Notes under the pieces: model-generated
Databases searched by the model: none
Seen by the model: the letters and a program-made list of their open reading frames with translations, nothing else
Told to the model about the DNA's origin: nothing
Position numbers and translations under genes: made by a program
In this document: positions 16,465 to 26,493 of the stretch, one piece after another
Numbering within the stretch: the stretch's first letter is position 1
Layout of the letters: every line of letters starts with the position of its first letter
IMG/VR virus record: IMGVR_UViG_3300042938_001279
Span: 1 to 60,562 of that record
Reading direction: 5' to 3' (one strand)
Length of the DNA stretch: 60,562 nt
Source of the DNA: a virus
Lineage: Duplodnaviria > Caudoviricetes

Positions 16465-16883
16465 CCGTCCACCCCCTTCGCCTTGACCCCGGAGACGGCG
16501 AGAGCTGCTAGCCACTGCTCGTCTCGTGTCTTTGTCGCCTCGTTCCACCCCGTCCAAAAGGCGCTGCCAGTGTTGTAGATGCGATGCGGCACTTCCACTT
16601 CCGGCGCCTTGCTGCTGGCGAGGATGTTCTCAAGTTCCTGAGCAACGCTGTAGGACCAATTTGCCTTGGCAAGATTCGCGGCGTGCTGAATCGAGCCCCG
16701 CTCCTCCGCCGTCAACCAGCCGCTCGTGGGCTGCGGGGCTGCCGCGAAGGCCTGAGCAATCGCCTCCTCCAAAGTCGGCAGCGGGCCAGTCCGCTTGTCT
16801 TCTGCCGCGCGGACGACGATATCGCGGGCCGAATCGCTGCACCACGGGTGGCAGTTGCAGTCCTCGTATTGGTAGCCGTTCAT
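16461..16883 (-). CDS. hypothetical protein
   Basis: GGAGGA RBS, coupled. Confidence 0.7.
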   Translation of the reverse strand: MNGYQYEDCNCHPWCSDSARDIVVRAAEDKRTGPLPTLEEAIAQAFAAAPQPTSGWLTAEERGSIQHAANLAKANWSYSVAQELENILASSKAPEVEVPHRIYNTGSAFWTGWNEATKTRDEQWLAALAVSGVKAKGVDG

Positions 16884-17173
16884 CGCTCGTCCTCCTTCAC
16901 GTTTGCTCCAGAAATCCGCCAGAGAAGGTCGAGGTCATCCCGCTTGGTGCGGCCGACCTGCTCCGGGTAGAGCTTGAGCCGGTCGAGGACCAAGGCGATC
17001 CCGGAAACGGCATCCCGCTCCTCGGGCGTAAGCCGCTCCTTCACAAGCTCTTCTAGCCGCTCTGCAACTTCGAGCAGGCAAGCGTTGGTACAGGCGTCCT
17101 CGCTCTGGATGTCCCTGGCGAGGATTCGCACGGCGGAAATCAGAGTCTCGTCAGATGTTCGTCGTTCATTCAC
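16880..17173 (-). CDS. hypothetical protein
   Basis: Coupled to neighbours. Confidence 0.7.
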   Translation of the reverse strand: MNERRTSDETLISAVRILARDIQSEDACTNACLLEVAERLEELVKERLTPEERDAVSGIALVLDRLKLYPEQVGRTKRDDLDLLWRISGANVKEDER

Positions 17174-17174
17174 G

Positions 17175-18926
17175 TCATCGCTCCTCGTTGGTGTGAACTT
17201 CCGCGTCCCTCATGGCATACCTCCGGCCCTCTTCGAGCTGGCGTGCCGTTTCTTCTGCGCTCGGGAGGGATATCGATGAAGCTGCGAACAGCCTCTGCTT
17301 GCGCTCGGATGGGGTCTCGTGCCTGTGATTGTCGTTCTGGCTGGCTTGGATGTTGAACCTAGCTTTGTTCCTACGAGAGTCCAGTTCTTCAACGAAGACC
17401 TTCCTCCACATGGGCGTAAGGTTGGCGCTCCGTAAGGCCCACTCGATCCACCCCTTGTCCACCACCTTCATGGGCTGTCCCTTCCACTTCTTCCCGAAGG
17501 GGCACCTCCACTCACGGCGGCGGGCATCCTGTCGATCCGGTTCAGCGAAGGCATCCCGATCCTCGGAGTCCCACTCCACTCCGACGACAATGCCCTTCCG
17601 TCGCTTTCTCTCGGCCTCTCGGTTGAGCTTCTGCTCCTGCCGCTCCTGCTCCATCTCTGCCGCGACAGCCGCATCCAGCTCCTCCAGCGAAGCCTCCTTC
17701 TCCTCCATGGCCTCGACCACCTTGGCTCGGGCCTTCCCTGTCTGCTCGGACAGAACGTCCAATGCGCTGCACAGCTTGTGGCACCGGCTCGAATCCGTGA
17801 TGTCGTGGATCACGAAGCTGGGCTTTGCACTGGCAGCGATCGCCGCCCGCCTCTCCTCAGGCGGAGCCAGATCGAGACCATCGAGAACCCCCTCCAGGGA
17901 CCTCGTGGCTCGGCCGATCATCTGAGTGTATTTGTTGAGGGCCTTTGTTGGTTTAGCTAGAAAGATTTCACTGAGAGGTGGGAAGTCCCAGCCTGTGGTT
18001 AAGATGCCAACATTGATTATGAGCTCCCTATCACCTACCATGAACTCCTTGAGCTCGCTAGCGTAGACTTCATCGGACTGTTTGCTATGCACCAAACTAC
18101 AGGTCATCCCATGACGATCAACCATGATGTCTCTGAGAAGAATCGCCTGCTTGATCGAGTGGGCGAACACGATCCCCTTCGCCCCCGCCCGGTGGTTTCG
18201 GGTGATGAGCGCCGCGAGGTCTTGCAAGGCTTCTTCGGACCGCAGGATTTTATCCAGTTCCTCGGCCTGGAAGTCAGCCCCTGCCTTCTTGGCCAACCCG
18301 TCGAGGTTGATTGACTTGACGTAGTGGACCTTGACGCGAGGGGGCACTAGCCACCCGTCATCGATCGCCTTCCGCAGGGGCAAGCAGTAGGCCACCTCTT
18401 CGTAGAACCCGCAGAGAGCTTGCTTGTCCCCGCGGTAGGCCGTTGCCGTGACACCAAGGACCCGGGCCCCACCCTCCACCAGGGCATTGAGCATGTCCCT
18501 GGCGGAGGTGGTGAATCCCCAGTGAGCCTCGTCCACCACGACGAGATCAACCTTGCCGACGAACCGCTTGTAGCGGTCGTTGCGAATCAGGCTGTGCCAC
18601 GAGGCGACAACGAACTCCGACTCCGGCACTGCCCACAGGTCGGCTTGCTCCACATCAGGCGAGCAGTTCCTTAGGCTTCTGATTGACTTCACGGTCTGGC
18701 CAATCAGACTCAGCATCGGGACGATGATGAGGCTCCGTGCTCCGTCCTTTGGCAGTAGCGTGAAGGTCCTCGTCTTTCCCGTCCCGGTTGGGAGCTCGAT
18801 CAAGATTCGCTTCTTACCTGTCCGGTATGAGTTGCGAATCGCCGTGTGAGACTCTCGCTGGTAAGGCCTAAGTCGGTGGTCAAACAGTGGCAAGGCTTCG
18901 GACTTGTTGACATCCGGCGACGCCAT
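17175..18926 (-). CDS. superfamily 2 DEAD/DEAH-box helicase
   Basis: LRPYQ, PTGTGKT, DEAH, TAT, TGWD and QMIGRATR motifs. Confidence 0.95.
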   Translation of the reverse strand: MASPDVNKSEALPLFDHRLRPYQRESHTAIRNSYRTGKKRILIELPTGTGKTRTFTLLPKDGARSLIIVPMLSLIGQTVKSIRSLRNCSPDVEQADLWAVPESEFVVASWHSLIRNDRYKRFVGKVDLVVVDEAHWGFTTSARDMLNALVEGGARVLGVTATAYRGDKQALCGFYEEVAYCLPLRKAIDDGWLVPPRVKVHYVKSINLDGLAKKAGADFQAEELDKILRSEEALQDLAALITRNHRAGAKGIVFAHSIKQAILLRDIMVDRHGMTCSLVHSKQSDEVYASELKEFMVGDRELIINVGILTTGWDFPPLSEIFLAKPTKALNKYTQMIGRATRSLEGVLDGLDLAPPEERRAAIAASAKPSFVIHDITDSSRCHKLCSALDVLSEQTGKARAKVVEAMEEKEASLEELDAAVAAEMEQERQEQKLNREAERKRRKGIVVGVEWDSEDRDAFAEPDRQDARRREWRCPFGKKWKGQPMKVVDKGWIEWALRSANLTPMWRKVFVEELDSRRNKARFNIQASQNDNHRHETPSERKQRLFAASSISLPSAEETARQLEEGRRYAMRDAEVHTNEER

Positions 18927-19558
18927 CACGCACCTCCTTCCGGCAAGGGCAACTGTCCTTCCAGGCATTGAGTCAGGGAGAACTCCGGGCAGCCGCACGC
19001 AGGGCACATTCCTGTCCCTCCTCGCACCAAGCCGCACCTGTTGCAGCTACGGTTGGTCATCGCCTCAGGATTCGAGACAGGGCTTTCCCCGCGTCCTCGT
19101 ACTTGCTCGACCTCCTCCCCACCCACCGGCTCCCCGTCTCCTCCGGCGACCACGAGTCCTTCGTAAGGTCCCTGAGCCTTTCGATTTCTTCGGGGCCTGG
19201 AACGCTTTCCTCGTCCTTTGCCTTTGACCTCACCACCCCCTCCACTTGAAGCAGGCTGCGGATGAGGCTCCTCGGCCACCGGCTCCACCTCTGTTGGACC
19301 TTGAGCATGCTCATGCCCGACTGGTAGTCCTTGATAATCGCCCGCTTGATCGGCTCCGGGATCATTGCTTGATAGATCGGTTGGATCATCGGGTACATCT
19401 CCAAAGAACTCGAACGCCTTAGCCTCCAGTGCTGATCTTGCCAGCCTCAACTCCACGAACAGAACGGGCAGCCACTTCCCGACGAGAAGGGGGACTTCGT
19501 TCCTGTGTGCCCCAAACAGAATCTTCTCAAGGCTGTTGATCTCCTGATCACTCAGCAT
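18926..19558 (-). CDS. hypothetical protein. The C-terminal Zn ribbon may be translated separately from ATG 19060.
   Basis: GGGAGG RBS. CNRC and CPAC at the C-terminus. Confidence 0.55.
   Translation of the reverse strand: MLSDQEINSLEKILFGAHRNEVPLLVGKWLPVLFVELRLARSALEAKAFEFFGDVPDDPTDLSSNDPGADQAGDYQGLPVGHEHAQGPTEVEPVAEEPHPQPASSGGGGEVKGKGRGKRSRPRRNRKAQGPYEGLVVAGGDGEPVGGEEVEQVRGRGESPVSNPEAMTNRSCNRCGLVRGGTGMCPACGCPEFSLTQCLEGQLPLPEGGA
19057..19389 (-). CDS. HTH-like protein nested in another frame of 18926-19558
   Basis: GGAG RBS, IIKDYQSGMSMLKVQQRW HTH-like. The stop overlaps ATG 19060. Confidence 0.6.
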   Translation of the reverse strand: MIQPIYQAMIPEPIKRAIIKDYQSGMSMLKVQQRWSRWPRSLIRSLLQVEGVVRSKAKDEESVPGPEEIERLRDLTKDSWSPEETGSRWVGRRSSKYEDAGKALSRILRR

Positions 19559-20402
19559 CGGGCACCTCCCTCTGAAGCGTGCGAACCACCTCTGCGTCGA
19601 GGACGTACTTCGCAGTCAGGGTCATCGCCTGACTGGAGGGAACGCTTCCCATGTCCACAAGGCTCTTGAGGTGAGCCACCACCTTCGTCGTCTGCTCAGG
19701 GCTGCCCTTGTGCTTGACGAACGCCGCTTCGGCACGCTTGAGCAGGTCGATCGCCGCCGCCGATGGCGGCTGTGACTTCGACTTCTTCTGCTGCTTCACG
19801 GGGGCAGGCAGGGAGACAGGTGGCGTAACCTCTGGCGTAACCTCTCCGCCCTCCGCAGCACCCTCGGGAGAAGCTGCGATGTCCACTGCCACCCGGGGCG
19901 CGGTGATCTTCTCGCTCACCATCTCCGTGACGGTTGGCTTTGCCGCTTCGGCCTGGGCCGCGACGTTCAGCTCTTCCTCAGATTCTTCGTCAGTGTCCAT
20001 CCATCCGCCGCACAATCCCTGCATGAGGATTTTTTTGGCGTAAGTGATGTTGATCTCCAGTAGCTGGATACCGGGGCGAGCATTCTCGTACCCCATGAGC
20101 AGTGGGCATGCTGAGCTGATCCACTCCCCGCTGGCGTGGTGCAGGGTGCCAACCCCAATCCACTGCCCAGTCTTCTCGTCACGCCCCATCTGAAACGTGG
20201 GCATCGTGAACCCGTTGGCCAGCAACCCAGGGAGCGTGGCATCCACGATGTCCCTGAGCGTTGCGTAGCGGAAGTTCTCCACCTTGTTGTGCCCCGACCG
20301 CTTGATCGGGAGGTACATGGCCTGAGCCTTGTTCAACGCCGCGTAAAGCTCTCCGAGATCGTTGGAGCTACTCACGCCTGTCAGTGCCGAGTCGAGTTTC
20401 AT
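19548..20402 (-). CDS. ERF-family ssDNA-annealing protein
   Basis: ELYAALNKAQ...N...RYATL...LHHASGEWI...ITYAKK. Adjacent to the exonuclease. Confidence 0.85.
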   Translation of the reverse strand: MKLDSALTGVSSSNDLGELYAALNKAQAMYLPIKRSGHNKVENFRYATLRDIVDATLPGLLANGFTMPTFQMGRDEKTGQWIGVGTLHHASGEWISSACPLLMGYENARPGIQLLEINITYAKKILMQGLCGGWMDTDEESEEELNVAAQAEAAKPTVTEMVSEKITAPRVAVDIAASPEGAAEGGEVTPEVTPPVSLPAPVKQQKKSKSQPPSAAAIDLLKRAEAAFVKHKGSPEQTTKVVAHLKSLVDMGSVPSSQAMTLTAKYVLDAEVVRTLQREVPDAE

Positions 20403-21276
20403 ATTCGTTTTCCTTAGTCCAGTGGGGCATAAACAATTCAGTGAGCTGGTCATCCTCCGGGGTAGACCAGTCGTCCAGTGCCAGCCGGGAATGAAGATCG
20501 CGGCAGGTCTCGATAACATGACGCTCGCTCATGGCGAGGTACTCTTCGGGCAGCACGACTGCATGGCACTCGTAGGGAGCCACGGTCGATGAGACCACGA
20601 ACACAAACTGCTTCGCATCGAAGCCAGCAGCGCGTGCCAACTTCGTGTACATGGCAGCCTGGAATCCGTAGCCGTAATCATGCACCGCTTTGTGGAACAT
20701 CTTGAGCGGCTGCTGATCTCTCGTCGTCTTCAAGTCCCAGACGTAGCTCTCAGTTGCTGCGTCAGGACGACACCGGACGTTCAGTCCAGAGTCCGGGCAC
20801 TTCCACCTGATGGAGAACTCGCGGTGCTCCGTGCTCGCCGTGAGCATGCGGAAGATGGCATTTGACCCGATCATGCTCAGTTGGGCCCGGTAGGCGTCGG
20901 CCTCTTTGGGCTTGAGCAGGATCGCGTCTGGAGACTGGGATGCCACCCAGTCCTCACCCTTCTTCAACACTGCACCGTTCGCTCCGACAAACTCGGCAGG
21001 GATGACGGCAACCCTGCTCCACCACGCCTCGTCACCGATCTCTGCCCACAGATGAATCAGTGACCCCTTCGTCATCGCATCCGACTCAGTCGGAGGAATC
21101 GTCTTCGTGAGGTATCGCTCTCGAAACCAGAGCGGCCCCTTCGTCCTCAGACCCCAGAGCTGGGTCTTCGACCACCAGTCCGCATCGGAGTGGTAGGCCT
21201 CGTTCGTCTCGTCAAAGCGGAGAGTAGCTTGTGTACATACCGGCGGGCTACCCTCCCCATTACGGGAGGTGTGCAT
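20368..21276 (-). CDS. exonuclease VIII-like PD-(D/E)XK nuclease (DUF3799)
   Basis: NEAYH, GSLIH, RCRPD, DLKTT and YGFQAAMY motifs. Confidence 0.9.
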   Translation of the reverse strand: MHTSRNGEGSPPVCTQATLRFDETNEAYHSDADWWSKTQLWGLRTKGPLWFRERYLTKTIPPTESDAMTKGSLIHLWAEIGDEAWWSRVAVIPAEFVGANGAVLKKGEDWVASQSPDAILLKPKEADAYRAQLSMIGSNAIFRMLTASTEHREFSIRWKCPDSGLNVRCRPDAATESYVWDLKTTRDQQPLKMFHKAVHDYGYGFQAAMYTKLARAAGFDAKQFVFVVSSTVAPYECHAVVLPEEYLAMSERHVIETCRDLHSRLALDDWSTPEDDQLTELFMPHWTKENEYETRLGTDRRE

Positions 21277-21342
21277 GTTGGATACCTGGGTGTTACTTTC
21301 GGCCGGGTTGCCTCCGTGGCACCAGCCGACTTCCGACGAGAC

Positions 21343-21370
21343 AGGTTATAGACCTGACCGCAAAAGTCAA
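21343..21370 (-). promoter_or_regulatory. sigma70-like promoter for the recombination/replication operon
   Basis: TTGACT-N16-TAACCT on the minus strand, in the gap upstream of 21276. Confidence 0.55.
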
Positions 21371-21381
21371 GACCACCGCAG

Positions 21382-24300
21382 CTACTCGAAGTAACTCGTT
21401 GGCTGCGTGTTCCTTGCGCGTCTTCGCCTCGTCGGGACAATGCCGTGCTGGAGGTCCCTTTCTGCTTTCAGCTCCCGTGAAAGCTGACGGTCCAGAGACA
21501 TGAGGTCCACCAGCTCAGGGTCTGCAAATGGGATCGCTTCTTGCGGAATGAAGGGTTGCGTGAAGGAGCGGACGAGGGGGTCGTCTTCGAGGAGCTCGGC
21601 AATTTTCTTGCGAGCATCTCTCCTTCTCGTTTGGTCATCCACGTTCTGGAACTTCACGCCGCTGAACATGTTGACGCCGGTCTGGAATGCACGGTCCCGA
21701 ATGTCCGGGACCTTCTCTTCATCGATCATGCGGTTCATGATCTGAAGCACGCGGGGGGCGAAAGGGCTGGCATCGAGGATCGGCTTGGCGGCTCGAATGG
21801 CCTGACCATAGGCGCTGTCCGGGTGGATGCCGAGAAGCTCCTCAGCGATCTGCCCGGCTGCCGTGTCCATGTCCTTGATCGGGCGCTTGGTGAAGGTGTC
21901 GATGCCGGTGCCCATCTCCCACGTTGCCTTGATGAGAGGGTTGGCGTTCTTGCCAATGATGTCTTCTGCGCTCTTGAACAAAGAGCCTGAAGCATCGAGC
22001 GATCCATTGGCGTCGAAGACAGGCTGGAACATATTGATTTGATCTATGCCCGGGATGTCCACGTCCGTGATCCAGGGCTGGACACCCTCTTTGGCGCCAC
22101 CGAACGGAGTGCCAAAGCCGGAGCTCGGCATGCCGTAGCTGTTCCTGATCGACTCCGGGACGTAGCCCTCGTCATCCTTCCCGTTCTCCATGATGTCGCG
22201 GGGAGCACGCATCGTCAGTTGCGCGTACCGACCAGACGGATTCGCACCGATCATCTCGGCTGCGTTCATCGACATCCGCGACGTGTAGGCGTAGAAGGGG
22301 GCAAGCCTTCTCAGGTAGTCTCGCTCGAACGTGGTGAGCGACGAGTAGTCGATGTGCAGCTTCTTCGCCTTGGCGGCAGCCACTCTCGGGTTGAACCCCT
22401 GGAGAAGCATGCCGTTGTACCCGGCGAGACGGTTGATCTTGTCGGTGATGTCGCCTTGCCGTGCCCCGTACCGGGTGATGGCATTGGTGTTGTTGCGCTC
22501 GTCCACCAGCCCCTTGAAGAAGTTCCCTGGCTTCCATCCCTCGGGATCGAAGAGCTCCGAGTAGGCAGCGTTCTTCGTGGGGAGCGGCCCCTTGCCGCCA
22601 GCGAGTGCTCCCATGGCGTCGTATGCCTGGTAGGCCAGCGTGGTGTCGGGGCTCGACCCCGGCAGGAACTGGTCGATCGTGTGCGTGCCCTTGGCGATGT
22701 CCTGCGTGGCGCCAGCCATGTCCATGCTGCGGCCCCTGCCCATCATGTCATAGGCAGCGAGGTCTTCCTGGTACCGGCGAATGCGGTCGGCTGGCGGGAC
22801 GTTCTGGTACATGGGGACGCGGCCAAGGAAGTCGTCCAGCTCATCAAGCCTGCCCTGCATCAGTGACTTTGTCGCACCGTATCCGCGCATCACATCACCG
22901 GGGCTACCCAGCTCAACGATGTTCATGACCACGCCACCCAGCCAGTCCCTCGTGAACTTCGCAGGCCAGGCGAGTAAGGGCGCTTTCCACATGCGCGTGA
23001 TTGCGTCGGTCGCTTTCGTCAGCGCGTTGTGGAGCTCGGGCTTGGCGTAGTATTCCTTCATCCTGGTGATTCGTCGGATCGTGTCGTCGTCCACAGAGAC
23101 TGCGGACAAGTCCACCTGACCGTTGGCGTTGGCGAAGCGGCCGAGACGGTCCTCCATCTGCTGCTTGCCACCAGCGATTCGACTCATGCCCGGCGGCAGT
23201 GGGCCGATCGCCCCGCCCGACTCGTCCACTGAGTTGATGCCAAGGTTCCTGGTGAGCACGTTGGCCACTGAGTCATGGTTGCCGCCCTTGATGTAGGCCG
23301 GGCCGCCTTTCTTCGCTACCCCGTCCAGGATGTCGAAGGTGGCGTTGTTGACTCCCACTCCCTGGTAGTTGCCGACGATGTACCGAGAGAGGTCCTCCAA
23401 GGGCGAGGCACCGAAGAGGTCCACCTTGCCGATCGATGACGGGTCCATCTGGTGCATGATGTCGGCAAGCCTGCGGGCGTCCCCGAGTCCGTACATCGGG
23501 ACTGGATCGCCGTTCGGGAGCCTGCCGGTGGGGAACCTGCGGCCGACTTCGCTCTGAATCTCCTGAAGGATGTAGCCCGCCGCCTCGTCGTCTGTGTTTG
23601 CCGTGCGAGCGCGGCCCGCGATTCTTTTGTCTCTGCTTAGACGGTTAAGGAAGTCTGTTCCGCCAGGGGTATACATAGGACTGACACGACCAAGCTGGTC
23701 CCCAGTCATGGCGGAGTGGGCCTTGGCCCCAACCGGCTGTGGCGCCAGGCCGAGCTCTTCGATCCGGTCCAGGAAGTTCTCGTCGTTGGTGTGGCGGGGG
23801 AAGTAGTCGCCGCCGTAGTTGTCGGTGAACTCGTTGCTGGCGAGACCGGCCGTCCGCCGCATCTTGTTCATCGTTTCCTTGAGGCCGCCAGGTCGGTGCC
23901 AGTTCGTGATGAACTGGCCGATCTCCGGGTTGGCGGCAAGGATGGCTGCATCCCCCGGGTCTGCGTATCCCTCGATCGCGCGACGAAGAACTCGATTCAG
24001 AGCGGCCGGGTCCTTGGAGGCATTGATGACCTTGGCGAGAGGGGCGATGGTCTGGTTGACCAGGCGGCGCCCCTCTTCCCCCATCTGCCGCTTGGTGTCG
24101 TTGACCGCGAGGCCGATGATCTGGCCCTTCTCATCCATGGCCCCAGACAGGTCGTTGTTGACCATGGCGTTGGCCGCCCGCCCGGGAGCAGACCACCGCA
24201 GCGACTGGCCTGCGAGGTCCAATCCTGAGGCCAGGCGCTCGCCACCGGGGACGTTCATCCCGTAGAGGACCTGATCGGACAGGGGGAGCTTGAGGCCAAT

Positions 24301-25050
24301 GTCATACCGGAGGGGCTGATCCAGGATGCCGTCGAGGTTCTTTTGCGATCCGACGGTCCCCAGCAGCTCATCGTAAGCATCGGTGTTCGAGAAGGTCTTC
24401 GTCCCCCGGACGGCACCAGCCTGCGCGTCGGCCAGTTCTCGCAGGGTCTGACCGCGGGAAGCCATCCTCGGTCCTACCAACGGTCTTGCCAAAAGGTCTT
24501 GGTCGGTCAGCAGGTCTGCGGTCTTGCCGTTGAAGTTCTTGCTAAAGGACTCAAGAGCGTTCTTAGCATAGCTATCACCAACAGCATTAGCTGCAATCTT
24601 AGCTCGGCTTGCAGCAACCTGCGCTGTTCTCGGGAGCCCGGCCTTGAGTGCGGTGATGCCAGCCTTGCTCGCTCCGCCGCCGATCACGTTCAGCGGATCA
24701 ACAAGCACGCCCGCAGCAAACTCTGCGGCCGGTCGCCCCCAACCTCCGAGAGCATTCGCGTCCGGTTGCAGGTCCCACGATTCGAGCATTTGGCCCGGCG
24801 TGGTGCCGCTGCCAAGCTCTTGTCCAGACACCACATCCCGAAGCCACGAAGCAGGCGTGTCGATGAGGTCGAGCAGGGCACTGGCTCCCTGCATGGTTCG
24901 TCCCGCCACCATCCCGAGCAGGGACTCACGCTCCGCCTCGGTGAGCGGATCGCTTGCCATCCGCGGGTCCACCGGGAAGTACCCCCCGGACCCATACCCA
25001 ATCTGAGGAGCTCGCCTGCCAGCAGGTTGGTCGAAGTATCCAGCGGACAT
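21382..25050 (-). CDS. large internal virion/DNA-ejection protein (1222 aa)
   Basis: Size and position at the end of the podovirus structural block. The C-terminal 'DYSSLT.FER...RLAPFY' pattern is typical of such proteins. Confidence 0.7.
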   Translation of the reverse strand: MSAGYFDQPAGRRAPQIGYGSGGYFPVDPRMASDPLTEAERESLLGMVAGRTMQGASALLDLIDTPASWLRDVVSGQELGSGTTPGQMLESWDLQPDANALGGWGRPAAEFAAGVLVDPLNVIGGGASKAGITALKAGLPRTAQVAASRAKIAANAVGDSYAKNALESFSKNFNGKTADLLTDQDLLARPLVGPRMASRGQTLRELADAQAGAVRGTKTFSNTDAYDELLGTVGSQKNLDGILDQPLRYDIGLKLPLSDQVLYGMNVPGGERLASGLDLAGQSLRWSAPGRAANAMVNNDLSGAMDEKGQIIGLAVNDTKRQMGEEGRRLVNQTIAPLAKVINASKDPAALNRVLRRAIEGYADPGDAAILAANPEIGQFITNWHRPGGLKETMNKMRRTAGLASNEFTDNYGGDYFPRHTNDENFLDRIEELGLAPQPVGAKAHSAMTGDQLGRVSPMYTPGGTDFLNRLSRDKRIAGRARTANTDDEAAGYILQEIQSEVGRRFPTGRLPNGDPVPMYGLGDARRLADIMHQMDPSSIGKVDLFGASPLEDLSRYIVGNYQGVGVNNATFDILDGVAKKGGPAYIKGGNHDSVANVLTRNLGINSVDESGGAIGPLPPGMSRIAGGKQQMEDRLGRFANANGQVDLSAVSVDDDTIRRITRMKEYYAKPELHNALTKATDAITRMWKAPLLAWPAKFTRDWLGGVVMNIVELGSPGDVMRGYGATKSLMQGRLDELDDFLGRVPMYQNVPPADRIRRYQEDLAAYDMMGRGRSMDMAGATQDIAKGTHTIDQFLPGSSPDTTLAYQAYDAMGALAGGKGPLPTKNAAYSELFDPEGWKPGNFFKGLVDERNNTNAITRYGARQGDITDKINRLAGYNGMLLQGFNPRVAAAKAKKLHIDYSSLTTFERDYLRRLAPFYAYTSRMSMNAAEMIGANPSGRYAQLTMRAPRDIMENGKDDEGYVPESIRNSYGMPSSGFGTPFGGAKEGVQPWITDVDIPGIDQINMFQPVFDANGSLDASGSLFKSAEDIIGKNANPLIKATWEMGTGIDTFTKRPIKDMDTAAGQIAEELLGIHPDSAYGQAIRAAKPILDASPFAPRVLQIMNRMIDEEKVPDIRDRAFQTGVNMFSGVKFQNVDDQTRRRDARKKIAELLEDDPLVRSFTQPFIPQEAIPFADPELVDLMSLDRQLSRELKAERDLQHGIVPTRRRRARNTQPTSYFE

Positions 25051-25058
25051 GGCTTACC

Positions 25059-26492
25059 TCACGCTCCAGCATCGGGCATCTGTCTCGGGTCGTTCATGAA
25101 CGGCATGCCGTAGAACCAGTCGTCCACAACAAGCGGATTGTTCTGCTCTTCGATGTCCTGCCCTGTGGCAATCCTCCACAGCCTGCTTGCCTGCGGACTC
25201 CACGGAGTTACGCCAAGCATCTTCGACCACTTGGTGTATCCGGCCTTGCCCACGGTGAGCTTGTTCTTCGCCAAGTACGCATTGGTCCATTCACGGATGT
25301 GGTGATGGTCGTCCTCGGTCATGTCCGGCTTGTTGGTCAAGCCGCGAACCGTGTCCACTTCTCCAGTGACGATCGCGTCATTGACTGCTTCGGGCGGCGC
25401 TGCGCCACCGGGGTATCCATTCTTGACGAGAGTCTTCCTGGCTTCCATGCGTGCCGCCCCGGGTGGCAGCGAGTCCATCATGGACAAATCCTGCTGAGTC
25501 CTGAGCATTGGGTTCTGGGCAGCCATCCGGTCTCGCTCGTTCTTCCCCATGGCTTCCATGGAGCGGGCTTCGTCCTCGCCTCTCTGGGTATACGCGGCCA
25601 TGTTTCCAAGCCCAAGCTGCGGGTACATGGCGTGGTAGGAGAGCAGCACGCGAATGCGGTCTTCGGGCGTCTTGGCGTTGGCCAAGTCGTCGTGGAAGGT
25701 AACGGCAGCCCGGCTTGTTCCAAGGCGGCTGGCCATGTTGTCCTGCTTCGCCCGAGTTTCGATGGCATCCTGGATGTTCATCGCCCGGTCCGTTCGGAAC
25801 TGGTTCACCACGTTGTCGTTGACGAAACGCATGCGCTCGTTGTGGGACTTCCCGGCGTTGGCCGGATCGTCATAGGCGGCTTCGAGGTCGGCGCTGGTGA
25901 AGTCCGGCACGCCGTCGTTGTTGTTGTCGGCCCTGATCTCCTTCTTGAATCGCACGGCCAGAGAACGAAGAGCATCCGTCCTCTTTCGGCTTTCCTGCTG
26001 AGCGATCATGGGGGCGCCGGGCTTGTACCGCGAGCCGCCTCCGGGAATCTCCTCGATGGTGTACTTGCCGTCTTTTGTGAGGCGGTCGTGCCGCTGCCGG
26101 ACGGCGGCAACGTCCGCCTCAATCTGCGGCGAATTGCGCTCGTAAGCCTCTGGATCAATGCCAAAAGCACGGGCCTCATCATGCGTTGTCATCATGTCTG
26201 GCGAGGGCAGGACGGGAGCCCTTGGGACATAGCCTCCCGCCCCGTCGTTGACTCTCTGGTCCCAGGCGTTCATGCCGGTGCGGGGAAGTCGGGGGACCCC
26301 GGGGGTGAAAGGGGTGTAGTCCACAGCCTTGCGCTGATCGGGGGTGAGCTGTTCCAAGGGGACGCCTTCCGCCACCCCACGGCGCCCGGTCAGCACGCTC
26401 CCTGGCATTGGCCCCTGGGACTGCGGGAACTTCCTGGCGGCGCGAGCTCGCTCCTGGTTCTGGAGCATCTTGATTCGCTCTTGTTCGGTCAT
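25059..26492 (-). CDS. putative internal virion protein (477 aa)
   Basis: Context, and a DNNNDG DxDxDG-like loop. Confidence 0.6.
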   Translation of the reverse strand: MTEQERIKMLQNQERARAARKFPQSQGPMPGSVLTGRRGVAEGVPLEQLTPDQRKAVDYTPFTPGVPRLPRTGMNAWDQRVNDGAGGYVPRAPVLPSPDMMTTHDEARAFGIDPEAYERNSPQIEADVAAVRQRHDRLTKDGKYTIEEIPGGGSRYKPGAPMIAQQESRKRTDALRSLAVRFKKEIRADNNNDGVPDFTSADLEAAYDDPANAGKSHNERMRFVNDNVVNQFRTDRAMNIQDAIETRAKQDNMASRLGTSRAAVTFHDDLANAKTPEDRIRVLLSYHAMYPQLGLGNMAAYTQRGEDEARSMEAMGKNERDRMAAQNPMLRTQQDLSMMDSLPPGAARMEARKTLVKNGYPGGAAPPEAVNDAIVTGEVDTVRGLTNKPDMTEDDHHHIREWTNAYLAKNKLTVGKAGYTKWSKMLGVTPWSPQASRLWRIATGQDIEEQNNPLVVDDWFYGMPFMNDPRQMPDAGA

Positions 26493-26493
26493 G

